NCBI GenBank assembly: GCA_035502455.1
Contig: DATJUI010000019.1
Coordinates: 13,378 to 77,377, forward strand
Direction of reading: 5' to 3'
Source: Thermoplasmata archaeon
Lineage (GTDB): Archaea > Thermoplasmatota > Thermoplasmata > Lutacidiplasmatales > UBA184
DNA: 64,000 bases
Shown: in pieces, positions 37,786 to 46,760 of the stretch
How the letters are laid out: each line of letters opens with the position of its first letter
Position numbering within the stretch: position 1 is the first letter of the stretch
The notes under the pieces: model-generated
The model's database searches: none
The model's input: only the letters and a program-made list of their open reading frames with translations
Told to the model about the DNA's origin: nothing
Made by a program: the position numbers and the translations under genes

Positions 37786-38910
37786 ATGCGGCCGCTCGCG
37801 CAGGAGATCCTCTCGCACCTTCCGACGGACAGCAAGCGCGGGGCCGAGAGCCCCGCCCCGCCGTCGAACGACGACAGCGAGCTCGAAGCGATCCTCGCCT
37901 CGCTCAAGACCAACATCAAGGTGGTCGGGTGCGGCGGCGGCGGCTGCAACACGATCAACCGGCTGTCCGAGGAGGGCCTGCAGGGCGCCGAGATGGTCGC
38001 GTGCAACACCGACGCGCAGCACCTCCTCGCGATCCACGCCCCGAAGAAGATCCTGCTCGGCCGGCGCCTGACCCGCGGGCTCGGGGCCGGCGCGCTCCCC
38101 CAGGTCGGCGAACAGGCCGCTCGCGAGGCCGAGGACGAGCTCAAGAAGGCGCTCGCGAGCTCCGACATGGTGTTCATCACCCTGGGCCTCGGCGGGGGCA
38201 CCGGGACCGGCTCCGCGCCGGTCGTCGCCCAGTGCGCGAAGGACGCCAACGGCGGCAACCCGCTCACGATCGCCGTCTGCACGCTCCCGTTCGCCTCCGA
38301 GGGGATGGTCCGGCAGGAGAACGCGATGTGGGGCCTCGAGCGCCTGCGCTCCGTCGTCGACACGGTGATCACCATCCCGAACGACCGGCTGCTCGAGCTG
38401 GTCCCCCGCCTCCCGATCCAGACGGCGTTCAAGGTCGCCGACTCGGTCCTCGCCCGGGCGATCCGCGGGATCGCCGAGATCATCACCCGTCCCGGGCTCG
38501 TCAACCTCGACTTCAACGACCTGAGGACGATCATGAAGGGCGGCGGCGTCGCCCTCATCGGGATCGGGGAGTCCGAGTCCGACAACCGGGCGGAGGACGC
38601 GGTCCTCGAGGCGATCAACTCGCCGCTCCTCCATGTCGACATCGCCGGCGCCACGGGGGCGCTCATCAACGTTACCGGCGGTCCGGACATGACGGTGAGC
38701 GAGGCCCAGAAGGCGGCCGAGGTCGTCCAGAAGACGGTCTCCCCGACGGCCCGCATCATCTGGGGCGCGGCGGTCGATCCGACGATGCAGAGCACCATCC
38801 GGGTGATGCTGGTGGTGACCGGAGTTAAATCCCCCCAGATTTTCGGGGGCGCGCCGCCCGGGTCCGTCCCGGCCCGGAAGTCGGGGCCGGACCTCGATGT
38901 GGTCCACTAG
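37786..38910 (+). CDS. ftsZ: cell division GTPase FtsZ
   Basis: 374 aa; tubulin signature GGGTGTG ([15 protein letters not shown]) and T7 loop NxDxxD-type region. Confidence 0.95.
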   Translation: MRPLAQEILSHLPTDSKRGAESPAPPSNDDSELEAILASLKTNIKVVGCGGGGCNTINRLSEEGLQGAEMVACNTDAQHLLAIHAPKKILLGRRLTRGLGAGALPQVGEQAAREAEDELKKALASSDMVFITLGLGGGTGTGSAPVVAQCAKDANGGNPLTIAVCTLPFASEGMVRQENAMWGLERLRSVVDTVITIPNDRLLELVPRLPIQTAFKVADSVLARAIRGIAEIITRPGLVNLDFNDLRTIMKGGGVALIGIGESESDNRAEDAVLEAINSPLLHVDIAGATGALINVTGGPDMTVSEAQKAAEVVQKTVSPTARIIWGAAVDPTMQSTIRVMLVVTGVKSPQIFGGAPPGSVPARKSGPDLDVVH

Positions 38911-38917
38911 GTAGCGG

Positions 38918-39163
38918 ATGGCGTTCCTCGATCGCGCGCGCAAGGTGCAGGACCAGTTCGACGGCCGGCTCCGTACCTTCGGCCACGGCAAGTACGGCCG
39001 CATCCTTCGGATGGCCCGCCGTCCGACCTCCGAAGAGTACGTGAAGGTCCTCGAGGTGACGTGGCTCGGCGCGATCCTGATCGGGCTCACCGGGTTCGCG
39101 ATCTACATCTTCTTCACGCAGGTCGCGCCCTGGCTCTGGGCCAATTACCTCGCCGGGCTGTAG
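38918..39163 (+). CDS. secE: preprotein translocase subunit SecE (Sec61 gamma)
   Basis: 81 aa; ARRPTSEEYVKVL then a single TM helix (LGAILIGLTGFAIYIFF). Confidence 0.8.
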   Translation: MAFLDRARKVQDQFDGRLRTFGHGKYGRILRMARRPTSEEYVKVLEVTWLGAILIGLTGFAIYIFFTQVAPWLWANYLAGL

Positions 39164-39184
39164 CCCGGTCGCACCGAGGGATAG

Positions 39185-40177
39185 ATGGACGAGGAAGGGA
39201 AGGACGACGGCATCGGTCTCCTGTCGGGTGCTCCGGCCGCCGCCGCCGCGGCGAAGCCCGCGGCCGCCGCGCCCGCGCCGAGCGCCCCGGCGCCCGTCGT
39301 CGTCCCGGCACCGAAGCCCGAGACGCCGACCGCGCTCACGCTCAAGGCGGCGGACGACACCGTCCGCCCCGTGACCGCCGGCACCGTGACGACGCTCTCG
39401 GCCGTGCTCTCGAGCCGGTCGGCGGAGCCGACGACCGCGACCGTCACGATCGAGGTCGGCTACACGTCGACCTACCCCGGCGAGGGGGCCGAGTGGCCGG
39501 TCCGCTGGCTGCCGCCGGGGAAGCGGCAGTCGGTCGAGCTGTTCCCGCGCAAGGAGACCCACTCGCTCGCGCTGGCGCCGAACGTCGGCGTGCCGCTCTC
39601 CTTCGAGATCGAGGCGCCGGTCGGGGTCCGCTACGGGGACAAGGTCGAGGTCCGCCTCGCGGCGAGCGGCGCGGACGGCGGCGCGCCGGTCAAGCTCACG
39701 CTCGCGTGCGTGGCGCGCCAGGCGGTCCTCGCGATCAAGACGTCGCGGGGCTACGAGCGCGAGGTCGCGGACACGCTGCTCGCCCGCGCGGAGGAAAAGC
39801 CGGACGTCGTCTTCGCGATGCTCGTCCCGGGCTCGCTGCGCGGCTACGTCTTCGCCGAGGGGATGAGCTTCGAGGGCGTGCGCGAGATGCTGAAGGGGAT
39901 CCGCAAGGCCCGCGGCCTCGTGGAGGGCGAGACGACCCTCAAGGAGGTCGAGCCGCTCCTGGTCCCGAAGGTCACCGTCGAAGGGTTCGTCGAGGGCGCG
40001 ATCGTCGAGCTCATCAGCGGGCCGTTCAAGGGCGAGAAGGCCCGGGTCAAGAAGATCGACCAGGCCAAGGAGGAGATCACGGTGGAGCTCATCGAGGCGG
40101 TCGTGCCGATCCCGGTGACGGTGCGCGGCGACCACGTGCGGATGCTCGAGAAGGGAGGCGGCAAGAGTGGCGGATGA
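39185..40177 (+). CDS. spt5: transcription elongation factor Spt5 (NusG homologue) with in-frame about 170-aa N-terminal extension
   Basis: C-terminal 150 aa = NGN (AVLAIKTSRGYEREVADTLLARA) + KOW (GEKARVKKIDQAKEEITVELIEAVVPIPVTVRGDHVRML); N-terminal region = acidic start, Ala/Pro linker, beta-rich domain; no stop between them. Confidence 0.8.
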   Translation: MDEEGKDDGIGLLSGAPAAAAAAKPAAAAPAPSAPAPVVVPAPKPETPTALTLKAADDTVRPVTAGTVTTLSAVLSSRSAEPTTATVTIEVGYTSTYPGEGAEWPVRWLPPGKRQSVELFPRKETHSLALAPNVGVPLSFEIEAPVGVRYGDKVEVRLAASGADGGAPVKLTLACVARQAVLAIKTSRGYEREVADTLLARAEEKPDVVFAMLVPGSLRGYVFAEGMSFEGVREMLKGIRKARGLVEGETTLKEVEPLLVPKVTVEGFVEGAIVELISGPFKGEKARVKKIDQAKEEITVELIEAVVPIPVTVRGDHVRMLEKGGGKSGG

Positions 40178-40634
40178 GGTGAGCGTCCTCGTCGAGGGCG
40201 GCAAGGCGTCCGCCGGACCGCCGCTCGGGCCCGCGCTCGGGCCGCTCGGGGTGAACGTGGGCCAGGTCGTCGCCCAGATCAACGAGCAGACGAAGCAGTT
40301 CGCCGGGATGCGCGTACCGGTCGTCGTGAAGGTCGACCCGGCGACGCGCGCCTTCACGCTCACCGTCGGCCGGCCCCCGGTCGCGGCGCTCCTCCTCAAG
40401 GAGGCGAAGAAGGAGAAGGGCTCGGGCAAGCCGAAGACCGAGGTCGCCGGCGACGTGACCCTGGCCGCGGTCGCCCGGATCGCCGAGGCGAAGGGGGACG
40501 ACCTGTTCGGCCGATCGGCCGAGGAGAAGGTCAACCAGGTGATCGGCACCTGCGTCTCGCTCGGCCTCACGGTCGACGGCGAGGACCCCCGCGTCGTCCT
40601 CCAGCGACGCCTCGCGGAGCGGGGCGCCCGATGA
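40167..40634 (+). CDS. rpl11: 50S ribosomal protein L11
   Basis: 155 aa; GGKASAGPPLGPALGPLGVNVGQVV motif; 11-nt overlap with spt5. Confidence 0.9.
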   Translation: MADEVSVLVEGGKASAGPPLGPALGPLGVNVGQVVAQINEQTKQFAGMRVPVVVKVDPATRAFTLTVGRPPVAALLLKEAKKEKGSGKPKTEVAGDVTLAAVARIAEAKGDDLFGRSAEEKVNQVIGTCVSLGLTVDGEDPRVVLQRRLAERGAR

Positions 40635-40927
40635 TGGGCGGTCCGGGCGGTCCGCCCCCCGACCTCAGCAACGCGGAGATCGTCGACTACGAGGCCATCG
40701 AGGGCGACGGCAAGGTCCGCCTGAAGCTCAAGGACGGCTCGGTGGTCGAGATCCGGCTCGAGATCATGAACATCCTTCGGGCCGGGAACGACCCGAGCAC
40801 GGGGCTCCCGATCTACGTCGTGCAGTCCGCGCCGCTCGTGCGCCTCGTGGAGACGCCGAAGGAGCTGCGCAAGGCGCCCCTGCGGCCGGGCCCGAAGGAC
40901 CCGAAGGCGATCCCGGGGTTCGGCTGA
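40631..40927 (+). CDS. hypothetical small protein, translationally coupled to rpl11
   Basis: 98 aa; 4-nt overlap with rpl11 stop; occupies the slot where L1/L10/L12 normally follow. Confidence 0.5.
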   Translation: MMGGPGGPPPDLSNAEIVDYEAIEGDGKVRLKLKDGSVVEIRLEIMNILRAGNDPSTGLPIYVVQSAPLVRLVETPKELRKAPLRPGPKDPKAIPGFG

Positions 40928-40966
40928 CGCCGACAAACCCTTTAGGCCCCCCTCGCTGCCGCGTCC

Positions 40967-41284
40967 GTGGTCGACCTCCAGGAGACCCCCGCGGTCCCGC
41001 CGTTCGACCCCGGCGGCGACCCACGCCTCGGGCTGTTCGTCGCGGGCGGGATCCTGATCGCCCTCGGCTGGGGGCTCGCGGTCGCCGCGAACCTCCTCCT
41101 CCACGCCGCGGCCGGGGCGGGCGGGATGCCCGTCCTCTGGTTCCGCGTCTCCGCGACCCTCGGCGAGTACGCCTGGGGCGCCTTCGGGCTCGGCATCGTC
41201 ACCGGCGCGGTCGGCGTCGGGCTCCTCCTGGTCGGCCGCGCCACCCCACGGGGCCCGTTCGTGCTGCCCGGCGTCACCTACTGA
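40967..41284 (+). CDS. hypothetical membrane protein
   Basis: 105 aa; three hydrophobic helices; tttagg TATA-like element about 25 nt upstream. Confidence 0.4.
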   Translation: MVDLQETPAVPPFDPGGDPRLGLFVAGGILIALGWGLAVAANLLLHAAAGAGGMPVLWFRVSATLGEYAWGAFGLGIVTGAVGVGLLLVGRATPRGPFVLPGVTY

Positions 41285-41305
41285 GCGGTCGGAACGGCGG
41301 GCACC

Positions 41306-41521
41306 CTACTGGGTGCGGCCGGGAACGGCCGGTCCGCGGTGGACCTTGCGCGACGGCGGTCCGCGGTGCTCGATCGGGCTCTTCGTCCGGCGGGTCGACG
41401 ACTCGCAGTCGAGGCACATCCGCTCCTCGGGATCGAGGCACGAGCGGCAGACCGTCCGGCCGCAGACCGTGCAACCCAGCGAGGCCGGAGCCCCGCACCG
41501 CGCGCACTGCCCGACGAGCAC
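41306..41521 (-). CDS. small zinc-ribbon protein
   Basis: 71 aa; CARCG...CTVCG...CRSC...CLDC Cys pairs. Confidence 0.4.
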   Translation of the reverse strand: MLVGQCARCGAPASLGCTVCGRTVCRSCLDPEERMCLDCESSTRRTKSPIEHRGPPSRKVHRGPAVPGRTQ

Positions 41522-41547
41522 CTGAGGTTCCTCCCGGACGGAACCGG

Positions 41548-42165
41548 TCAGGCGAGCACCCCGCTCGCCTTAAGCCCTTCGACAAACCCTTCCGCGTAGC
41601 TCGCCCGGGCCACGTACCGGGCGGCCCGCCGGGCGCGCGGGCTCCCCGAGGCGAAGCTGACGCCGAACCCCGCCGCCCGCAGCATGGCGGCGTCGTTGTC
41701 GCCGTCGCCGAGGGCGACGCACTCCGCCAGGGAGAGGCCCCGTCGCGCGAGGGCGTGCTCGAGCGCGGGCCGCTTGCCGGCGCCCCGCGCGAGAAGGTGG
41801 ATCGCGAACCCCGTCGCCTCGACCGTGATCGGGTACCCCGAGAGGACCCGCGCGATCCGGCCCACGCCGACCGTCGGCTCGAGCGCGACCTCGGTCGTGC
41901 GCCAGCGGTCCGTGAACAGTCGGCGGACGGGCAGTCCGGCGGCGACGAGCGCCCGGTACCCGCGCAACGCGACCGCGCGGTCGGCGAGCTTCTCGACCCG
42001 CGGGCGCCGGTCGGTCCCGAGGTCGTAGACGATCCCGCCGTTCTCGGCGACGACCGGACCGCTCAGGCCGAGCGAGCGCTGGAGGGCGAGCGCGATCGGC
42101 AGCACGTTGCCGGTCGCGAGGACGACGGGGAGGCCCCGGTCCTCGAGCCGACGGACGACGGCCAC
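41548..42165 (-). CDS. HAD-superfamily phosphatase (archaeal phosphoglycolate phosphatase/Cof-like)
   Basis: ALGDGDNDAAML HAD motif III/IV; N-terminus possibly truncated in the call. Confidence 0.7.
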   Translation of the reverse strand: MAVVRRLEDRGLPVVLATGNVLPIALALQRSLGLSGPVVAENGGIVYDLGTDRRPRVEKLADRAVALRGYRALVAAGLPVRRLFTDRWRTTEVALEPTVGVGRIARVLSGYPITVEATGFAIHLLARGAGKRPALEHALARRGLSLAECVALGDGDNDAAMLRAAGFGVSFASGSPRARRAARYVARASYAEGFVEGLKASGVLA

Positions 42166-42259
42166 CGCGGCCGGGTCGAGCCGTCGCGACGCGTCGGTGA
42201 GCGTGCCGTCGACGTCGGTGACGACCGCGCGGTACGGCGGGGGGCCGACGGGCGTGGCC

Positions 42260-44122
42260 CTACCCTCCCCCGGCCTGCGACGCGATCGCGGCCCGGAGCA
42301 CGCGGGCGACCTCCTGGCCGTCCCGCCGGCCGCGGACCTCCTTCATGACGTCCCCCATGAGCGGCGCGAAGGCAGCGGCGCCGCGCGCCCGGACGAGCGG
42401 AAGGTTCCGCTCCACGACCCGGGCGACGAGCGCCGCGAGCTCGTCGGCGGAGAGGCCCGCGAGACCGCTGCGGGCGAGCGCGGCCTCCAGCGTCGGCGCG
42501 CCGGCGGCGAGCGCGGCGAGGACGGTCGGGATCCCCTCCTTCGCGAACCGTCCGGCCTCGGCCGCCGCGAGCAGGGCGTCGAGCGCGTCTTCCGACGGGT
42601 CGAACTGGACGACCCCCTCCGGAAGGACGAGGCCGGGGAGATCCTGAGTGAGCAGGCGGGCGACCAGCGTCGGCGACCGCCCCCGGTGCGCCAGCGCCTC
42701 GAACAGCTCGAGCCGATCGGACGACTGGAGCTGGCGGACGAGCTCGGGCGCGAGGCGGTAGGTGGCGGCGACCCGCGCCCGCTGCGTCGCGGGGCGCTCG
42801 GGGAGGGATCGGGCGAGCCGGGCGAGCCGTTCGGCCTCGACCACGAGGGGGGGGATGTCAGTCTCCGGGTACATCCGGTCGCGCCCCGGCAGCGGGCGGG
42901 AGTAGCGGCTCCGGCCGTCCGGCAGCGGGTCGCGGGTCTCGCCGGGGATGCCGAGCCGGGCCGCGTCCGCCCGGCGCGCCACGCGGGCGATCGCGCGGCG
43001 GGCCCGCGTCGCATCGACATCGGTGAGCAGCACGAACCCGTCGCCGGGCCCGAGGCCGAGGTCGGCCCGGACCCCGGCCACGCGGGCGCCGTCGATCCCG
43101 TACGCCGGAAGCTCGTCGGAATGCACGAGACCCCGCAGCCCGAGGACCCGCACCTGCTCCGCGAGCTCCCGCCCGAGCCGCTCCTCGCTCCCGGGCGGCG
43201 AACGCAATAGGTCCGCGAACCCCCGCAGGCGCAGGGCGAGGACCCGCCCCGGGCCCCGGCCCCGCGCCCCGAGGGGGCCCGAGTCGAGATCGGCGAACCG
43301 CGCAGTGAGGTCGACCGGGTCGTCGGCCACCGGCGGGGCCCCGCGTCGCGCGAGCTCGTCGCGGACGGCGAGCAGGATCCGCTGCCGCTCGGCCTCGCCC
43401 TCCACGTACTGCTGGATCCGGTTGAGCTCCTGGACGCCCTTGAGCTCGATCCGGTGCCCGCCCTCGATCGAGACGTTGAGGTCCTCGCGGATCGTCCCCA
43501 GGCCCCGCTTCACGCGATGCGTGGCGCGGAGGAGCGCCCCCAGCTCCTCGGCGACCGCCCGGGCCTCGGGCCCCGTCGTGATCTCGGGACCGGTGGCAAT
43601 CTCGACGAGCGGGATGCCGAGCCGATCGAGGCGGTAGACGACCTCCGTCTCGGACCCGCCGGACCTCCGCGCGGCGTCCTCCTCGAGGCAGATCGACAGG
43701 ACCGAGTAGCGCCGGCCGTCGACCTCGAGGTGGCCGTCGACCGCGACGAGCGCGGTCCGCTGGAACCCGGCCGTGTTCGAACCGTCGACGACGATCTTGC
43801 GCATCACCTCGATCTCGTCGACCGGTCGGGCGTCGAGGAGGAGCGCGAGGGTGAGCGCGACGTCGAGCGCGTCGTGGTTGATCGGATGCGGCGGCTCCTC
43901 GTCCAGGTCGACGAGGCAGTCGGACGGCCCGGACTCGTACCGGTAGACGAGACCGCGCGACGCCTGGAACGCCGCGGCCGGGTCGACCGCGAGATTCTCG
44001 CCGCTCGCCGCGCGCAGCCGACGGACGAACGACCGATCGACCTCGTCGGTGAGCTCGCTCGGACAGGCGCAGAACAGCTTGCCGGTCGCCAGCTGCTGGT
44101 GGACCTCGAGGCCGGCCTTCAC
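42260..44122 (-). CDS. gatE: Glu-tRNA(Gln) amidotransferase subunit E
   Basis: GTG start VKAGLEVHQQLATGKLFCACPSE... inside a 1048-aa artefact ORF; GatE-specific insertion and C-terminal GatB/YqeY-like domain. Confidence 0.9.
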   Translation of the reverse strand: MKAGLEVHQQLATGKLFCACPSELTDEVDRSFVRRLRAASGENLAVDPAAAFQASRGLVYRYESGPSDCLVDLDEEPPHPINHDALDVALTLALLLDARPVDEIEVMRKIVVDGSNTAGFQRTALVAVDGHLEVDGRRYSVLSICLEEDAARRSGGSETEVVYRLDRLGIPLVEIATGPEITTGPEARAVAEELGALLRATHRVKRGLGTIREDLNVSIEGGHRIELKGVQELNRIQQYVEGEAERQRILLAVRDELARRGAPPVADDPVDLTARFADLDSGPLGARGRGPGRVLALRLRGFADLLRSPPGSEERLGRELAEQVRVLGLRGLVHSDELPAYGIDGARVAGVRADLGLGPGDGFVLLTDVDATRARRAIARVARRADAARLGIPGETRDPLPDGRSRYSRPLPGRDRMYPETDIPPLVVEAERLARLARSLPERPATQRARVAATYRLAPELVRQLQSSDRLELFEALAHRGRSPTLVARLLTQDLPGLVLPEGVVQFDPSEDALDALLAAAEAGRFAKEGIPTVLAALAAGAPTLEAALARSGLAGLSADELAALVARVVERNLPLVRARGAAAFAPLMGDVMKEVRGRRDGQEVARVLRAAIASQAGGG

Positions 44123-45432
44123 GGCGCGGCCTCGGGCGCGTGCCGGTCGTGGAACTCGCCCGCCCGGTCGGTCCGTAGCAGCTCCTCGACCCGCTTCGGG
44201 TCCGCCGCGTGGCCGAGCGCCCAGCACAGCTTGGCGTAGGCCGTCTCGGGGAGGAGATCGCCGAGGTACAAGACCCCCGAGCGCAGCAGCTCGCGGCCGG
44301 TCGCGTAGACGTACGGGTCCGCGTTCCCGGCGAGGCACTGGGTCGTCATGGCGACGACCATCCCGCGGGCGGTCGCCGACCGGATCCAGGTGAGATGGTT
44401 CGAGCCGACGTGGCCGAGTCCCGTGCCCGCGAGCACGATCCCGCGCAGACCGCGCGAGAACGCTTCCGCGCGGTCCGCGGTGAGCCCGGGATAGAACCAG
44501 AGCAGGCCGGCGCGGGCATCGAGCGGTCCGTCCAGGCGCGCCGGGCCGGCGGCGGGCGGCCGCACCGGCTGCTCCCACCGGATCGAGCCGTCGACCACGT
44601 AGCCCAGCGGGGGCCCGTTGCGGCTCTGGAACGCATCGCGACGGCTCGAGTGCATCTTCCGCACCCAGGTCGCGCGGTGGATCGCGAGCCGGTCGTCGGA
44701 CGGCCCCGCGTGCATGACGACCACCACCTCGCCGCACCCGCGCTCGCGCGCGACCGCGACCGCCCCACCGAGGTTCGTGGCCCCGTCGGACGACGGCCGA
44801 TCGGGCGACCGCTGGGCCCCCGCCACCACGACCGGTCCGGGGAGGTCGACGAGCAGGAAGCTGAGGGCGGCGGCGGTGAAGCCGAGGGTGTCGGTGCCGT
44901 GCGCGATCACGACGCCGCGGGCCCCCGCCCCGAACGCCTCGACGACCTTCGAGGCGATCGCGACCCAATCCTCGGGGGCCAGGTCCTCGCTGAGCCGATC
45001 GAAGACGGGGACGATGCGGACCGGACCGTCGCGCTCGAGATCGGGGAAGAACGCGAGGATCCCCGACTCGTCCTTCACGGGTCGCACGCCACCGGTCTCG
45101 TAGTCGACCCGCGAGGCGATCGTGCCCCCGGTCGTCAGCAGCGCGACCGGCGCCCCCCCGACGGGGGATGACGGTCGGTCCGACGTCCCGGCGGACCGCC
45201 CCTCGTCGGCGGGACCGTCCTCCATCAGGCGGAAGCCGAACGAGGGTCCGATCCGGATCCCCACGTTGTAGCCGCTCTCCAGCTTGAGCGGCAGGATCCG
45301 ATCGCCCGACAGCTCGTGCCGGGGCACGATGGTCCCCGTCCACGTGCGGGCCCCGTCCGTGATCTCGACCCGACGGCCCATCGGCAGGGAGCGCAGGGCG
45401 TCCCACGGGTCCTTCGGTTCCGCTCCCGACAT
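44119..45432 (-). CDS. gatD: Glu-tRNA(Gln) amidotransferase subunit D (asparaginase-like)
   Basis: 437 aa; LLTTGGTIAS asparaginase threonine motif; 4-nt overlap with gatE. Confidence 0.9.
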   Translation of the reverse strand: MSGAEPKDPWDALRSLPMGRRVEITDGARTWTGTIVPRHELSGDRILPLKLESGYNVGIRIGPSFGFRLMEDGPADEGRSAGTSDRPSSPVGGAPVALLTTGGTIASRVDYETGGVRPVKDESGILAFFPDLERDGPVRIVPVFDRLSEDLAPEDWVAIASKVVEAFGAGARGVVIAHGTDTLGFTAAALSFLLVDLPGPVVVAGAQRSPDRPSSDGATNLGGAVAVARERGCGEVVVVMHAGPSDDRLAIHRATWVRKMHSSRRDAFQSRNGPPLGYVVDGSIRWEQPVRPPAAGPARLDGPLDARAGLLWFYPGLTADRAEAFSRGLRGIVLAGTGLGHVGSNHLTWIRSATARGMVVAMTTQCLAGNADPYVYATGRELLRSGVLYLGDLLPETAYAKLCWALGHAADPKRVEELLRTDRAGEFHDRHAPEAAP

Positions 45433-45555
45433 CGATCCGTTCCGGCGCGCCGTCGGACCCGGGAGCGGGTACGGCTAATAAGCGTCCACGACCGCTCGGT
45501 CCGGCCGGCCCCGGTCTTTTATACCGGACCCTCCTCGGCGCGCCGGGAACGCGCG

Positions 45556-45663
45556 AAGATCCGGATGCCCGTGTGGGGTAGCTTCGAGGTCGGGGTCGTC
45601 CCCCGCCTCGCTGCAGTGGATTATCCTAGAGGCCTGCGGAGCCTCAGACCTGGGTTCGAATCC
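45556..45663 (+). tRNA. tRNA-Arg (anticodon GCG) with putative about 33-nt intron in the D-loop
   Basis: 7-bp acceptor gcccgtg/cacgggc; T-arm ctggg-ttcgaat-cccag; anticodon arm gaggc-cTGCGga-gcctc (U33; anticodon 45625-45627); A14/G15; extra about 33 nt after position about 16, same place as in tRNA-Pro. Confidence 0.65.
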
Positions 45664-45795
45664 CAGCACGGGCGAGTTCCTCTCCCCAGCCGAGAGGCTT
45701 GGGGTCGGGGCGGTGCCTCGGCCCCGTTCGGAAGTGACCGAAGTTCCCCTAACGGTCCTACCCGAGCCTCACCATAGAACCGTCGGTCGAAGACC
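45645..45795 (+). repeat. repeat copy 1: tRNA-Arg 3' end plus about 130 nt of downstream flank (attL-like)
   Basis: Diverged homologue at 49404-49555; 15-nt exact core atcccagcacgggcg repeated at 47183-47197. Confidence 0.55.
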
Positions 45796-45801
45796 AAACT
45801 G

Positions 45802-46278
45802 CTACTTTCGGGCCCGGCCACCGGGACCGGGGCGCCTGTGCGTCCCTCGTCCACGAGGAGGTGGCCGTCTTGAGGATGTGGGCTCTCTTCCGAGACGTAT
45901 CCAGATTCCGTCGGGATCCTTGACCATCGCTGCCCATCCCCCAGTGGATTCCGGGGTGAACCGCGTGGCTCTACCTCCGTTTCGCAGGAGTTTCCGGTAC
46001 GCTCTATCGAGAGTGTAAGCCGGAGACGCACCGAGCGAGACGTCGATGTGATCCAGCTCGTCTCCCTTGCGGTACTTGGACGAGAACATGGAGCTTCGGG
46101 GATACCAGTTGAGTTCGAGGAGACGACGCGAGGTGGGATCCTGGAGGAGAGCGGTCACTCCGCCCCCCCAGCTACGACAATCATCCCTCCGGATCACGCG
46201 AAGTCCTAGTGCTCTCGTGTAGAACCTCACCGAACGCGGGAGATTCCCCACACGAATGCCGACACACTCGAGCCGCAT
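45802..46278 (-). CDS. VOC-family (glyoxalase/bleomycin-resistance fold) protein
   Basis: MRLECVGIRVGNLPRSVRFYTRALGL ... DPDGIWIRL beta-alpha-beta-beta-beta signature; C-terminal 30 aa probably read-through into the repeat. Confidence 0.6.
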   Translation of the reverse strand: MRLECVGIRVGNLPRSVRFYTRALGLRVIRRDDCRSWGGGVTALLQDPTSRRLLELNWYPRSSMFSSKYRKGDELDHIDVSLGASPAYTLDRAYRKLLRNGGRATRFTPESTGGWAAMVKDPDGIWIRLGREPTSSRRPPPRGRGTHRRPGPGGRARK

Positions 46279-46481
46279 CCTGAAGCATAGCGATCGAGGC
46301 TACTTAGGACCGAACCCAGTAGTTTCGACGCGCCCCCAGAGGTGCCGACCGAGACGCTAGATGGGTCCGCTGCGTACGGCCCCCAGCGAACTTTTCGCTG
46401 AGGGATTCGAACAAACGGCGATTCGACCACTAGCACGGGTGCTCTCCGAGCCGGCTCGATGAGCTATGTTCCCGACACGAC

Positions 46482-46508
46482 TATATTGATGTAGTGTATT
46501 GATGTGTA
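46482..46508 (+). promoter_or_regulatory. putative vapBC promoter/operator: two attgatgt direct repeats plus ctatatt TATA-like element
   Basis: attgatgt at 46485-46492 and 46498-46505, 5-15 nt upstream of vapB; RHH antitoxins typically autoregulate via repeats like this. Confidence 0.35.
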
Positions 46509-46511
46509 ACT

Positions 46512-46757
46512 GTGTCCGCAAAGACGGTGGCGTTGGACCCGGAGGCCTATGATATGCTGCGGCGCCAACGGCGAAGCGGCGAGACCTTTAGCGATGCGGT
46601 CAAGCGCCTTTCCGGCAAGCGCCGGTCGATCCTGGACTTTGCCGGGATATGGAAGGACATCCCCGACGAAGACCTCGAGAGGCTCCGCTCCTTCCTCGCA
46701 GAAGGACGGCGTCGGGACCGCGCGCGAATCGAGCGCCTGTTCCAGAAGGGGGGCTGA
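46512..46757 (+). CDS. vapB: type II antitoxin VapB (ribbon-helix-helix/COG4423-like)
   Basis: 81 aa; precedes the PIN gene with a 3-nt gap. Confidence 0.65.
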   Translation: MSAKTVALDPEAYDMLRRQRRSGETFSDAVKRLSGKRRSILDFAGIWKDIPDEDLERLRSFLAEGRRRDRARIERLFQKGG

Positions 46758-46760
46758 ACG

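Noticed and set aside
40924-41597. Repeated motif cgacaaaccctt at about 40924 and about 41578
   Set aside because: Only two copies of 12 nt; both fall in promoter-like or terminal regions of unrelated small genes. Likely coincidence or a short shared promoter motif; too weak to call.
45663-45800. Region right after tRNA-Arg considered as a structured RNA gene (RNase P RNA or SRP 7S RNA, often tRNA-adjacent in archaea)
   Set aside because: None of the universal RNase P conserved regions (e.g. AGGAAAGUCC, GNRA-type P-helix patterns) or SRP Alu/S-domain motifs could be found. A second, diverged copy at 49421-49555 flanked by a tRNA 3' fragment favours an att-site or flank duplication. A small ncRNA cannot be excluded without covariance models.
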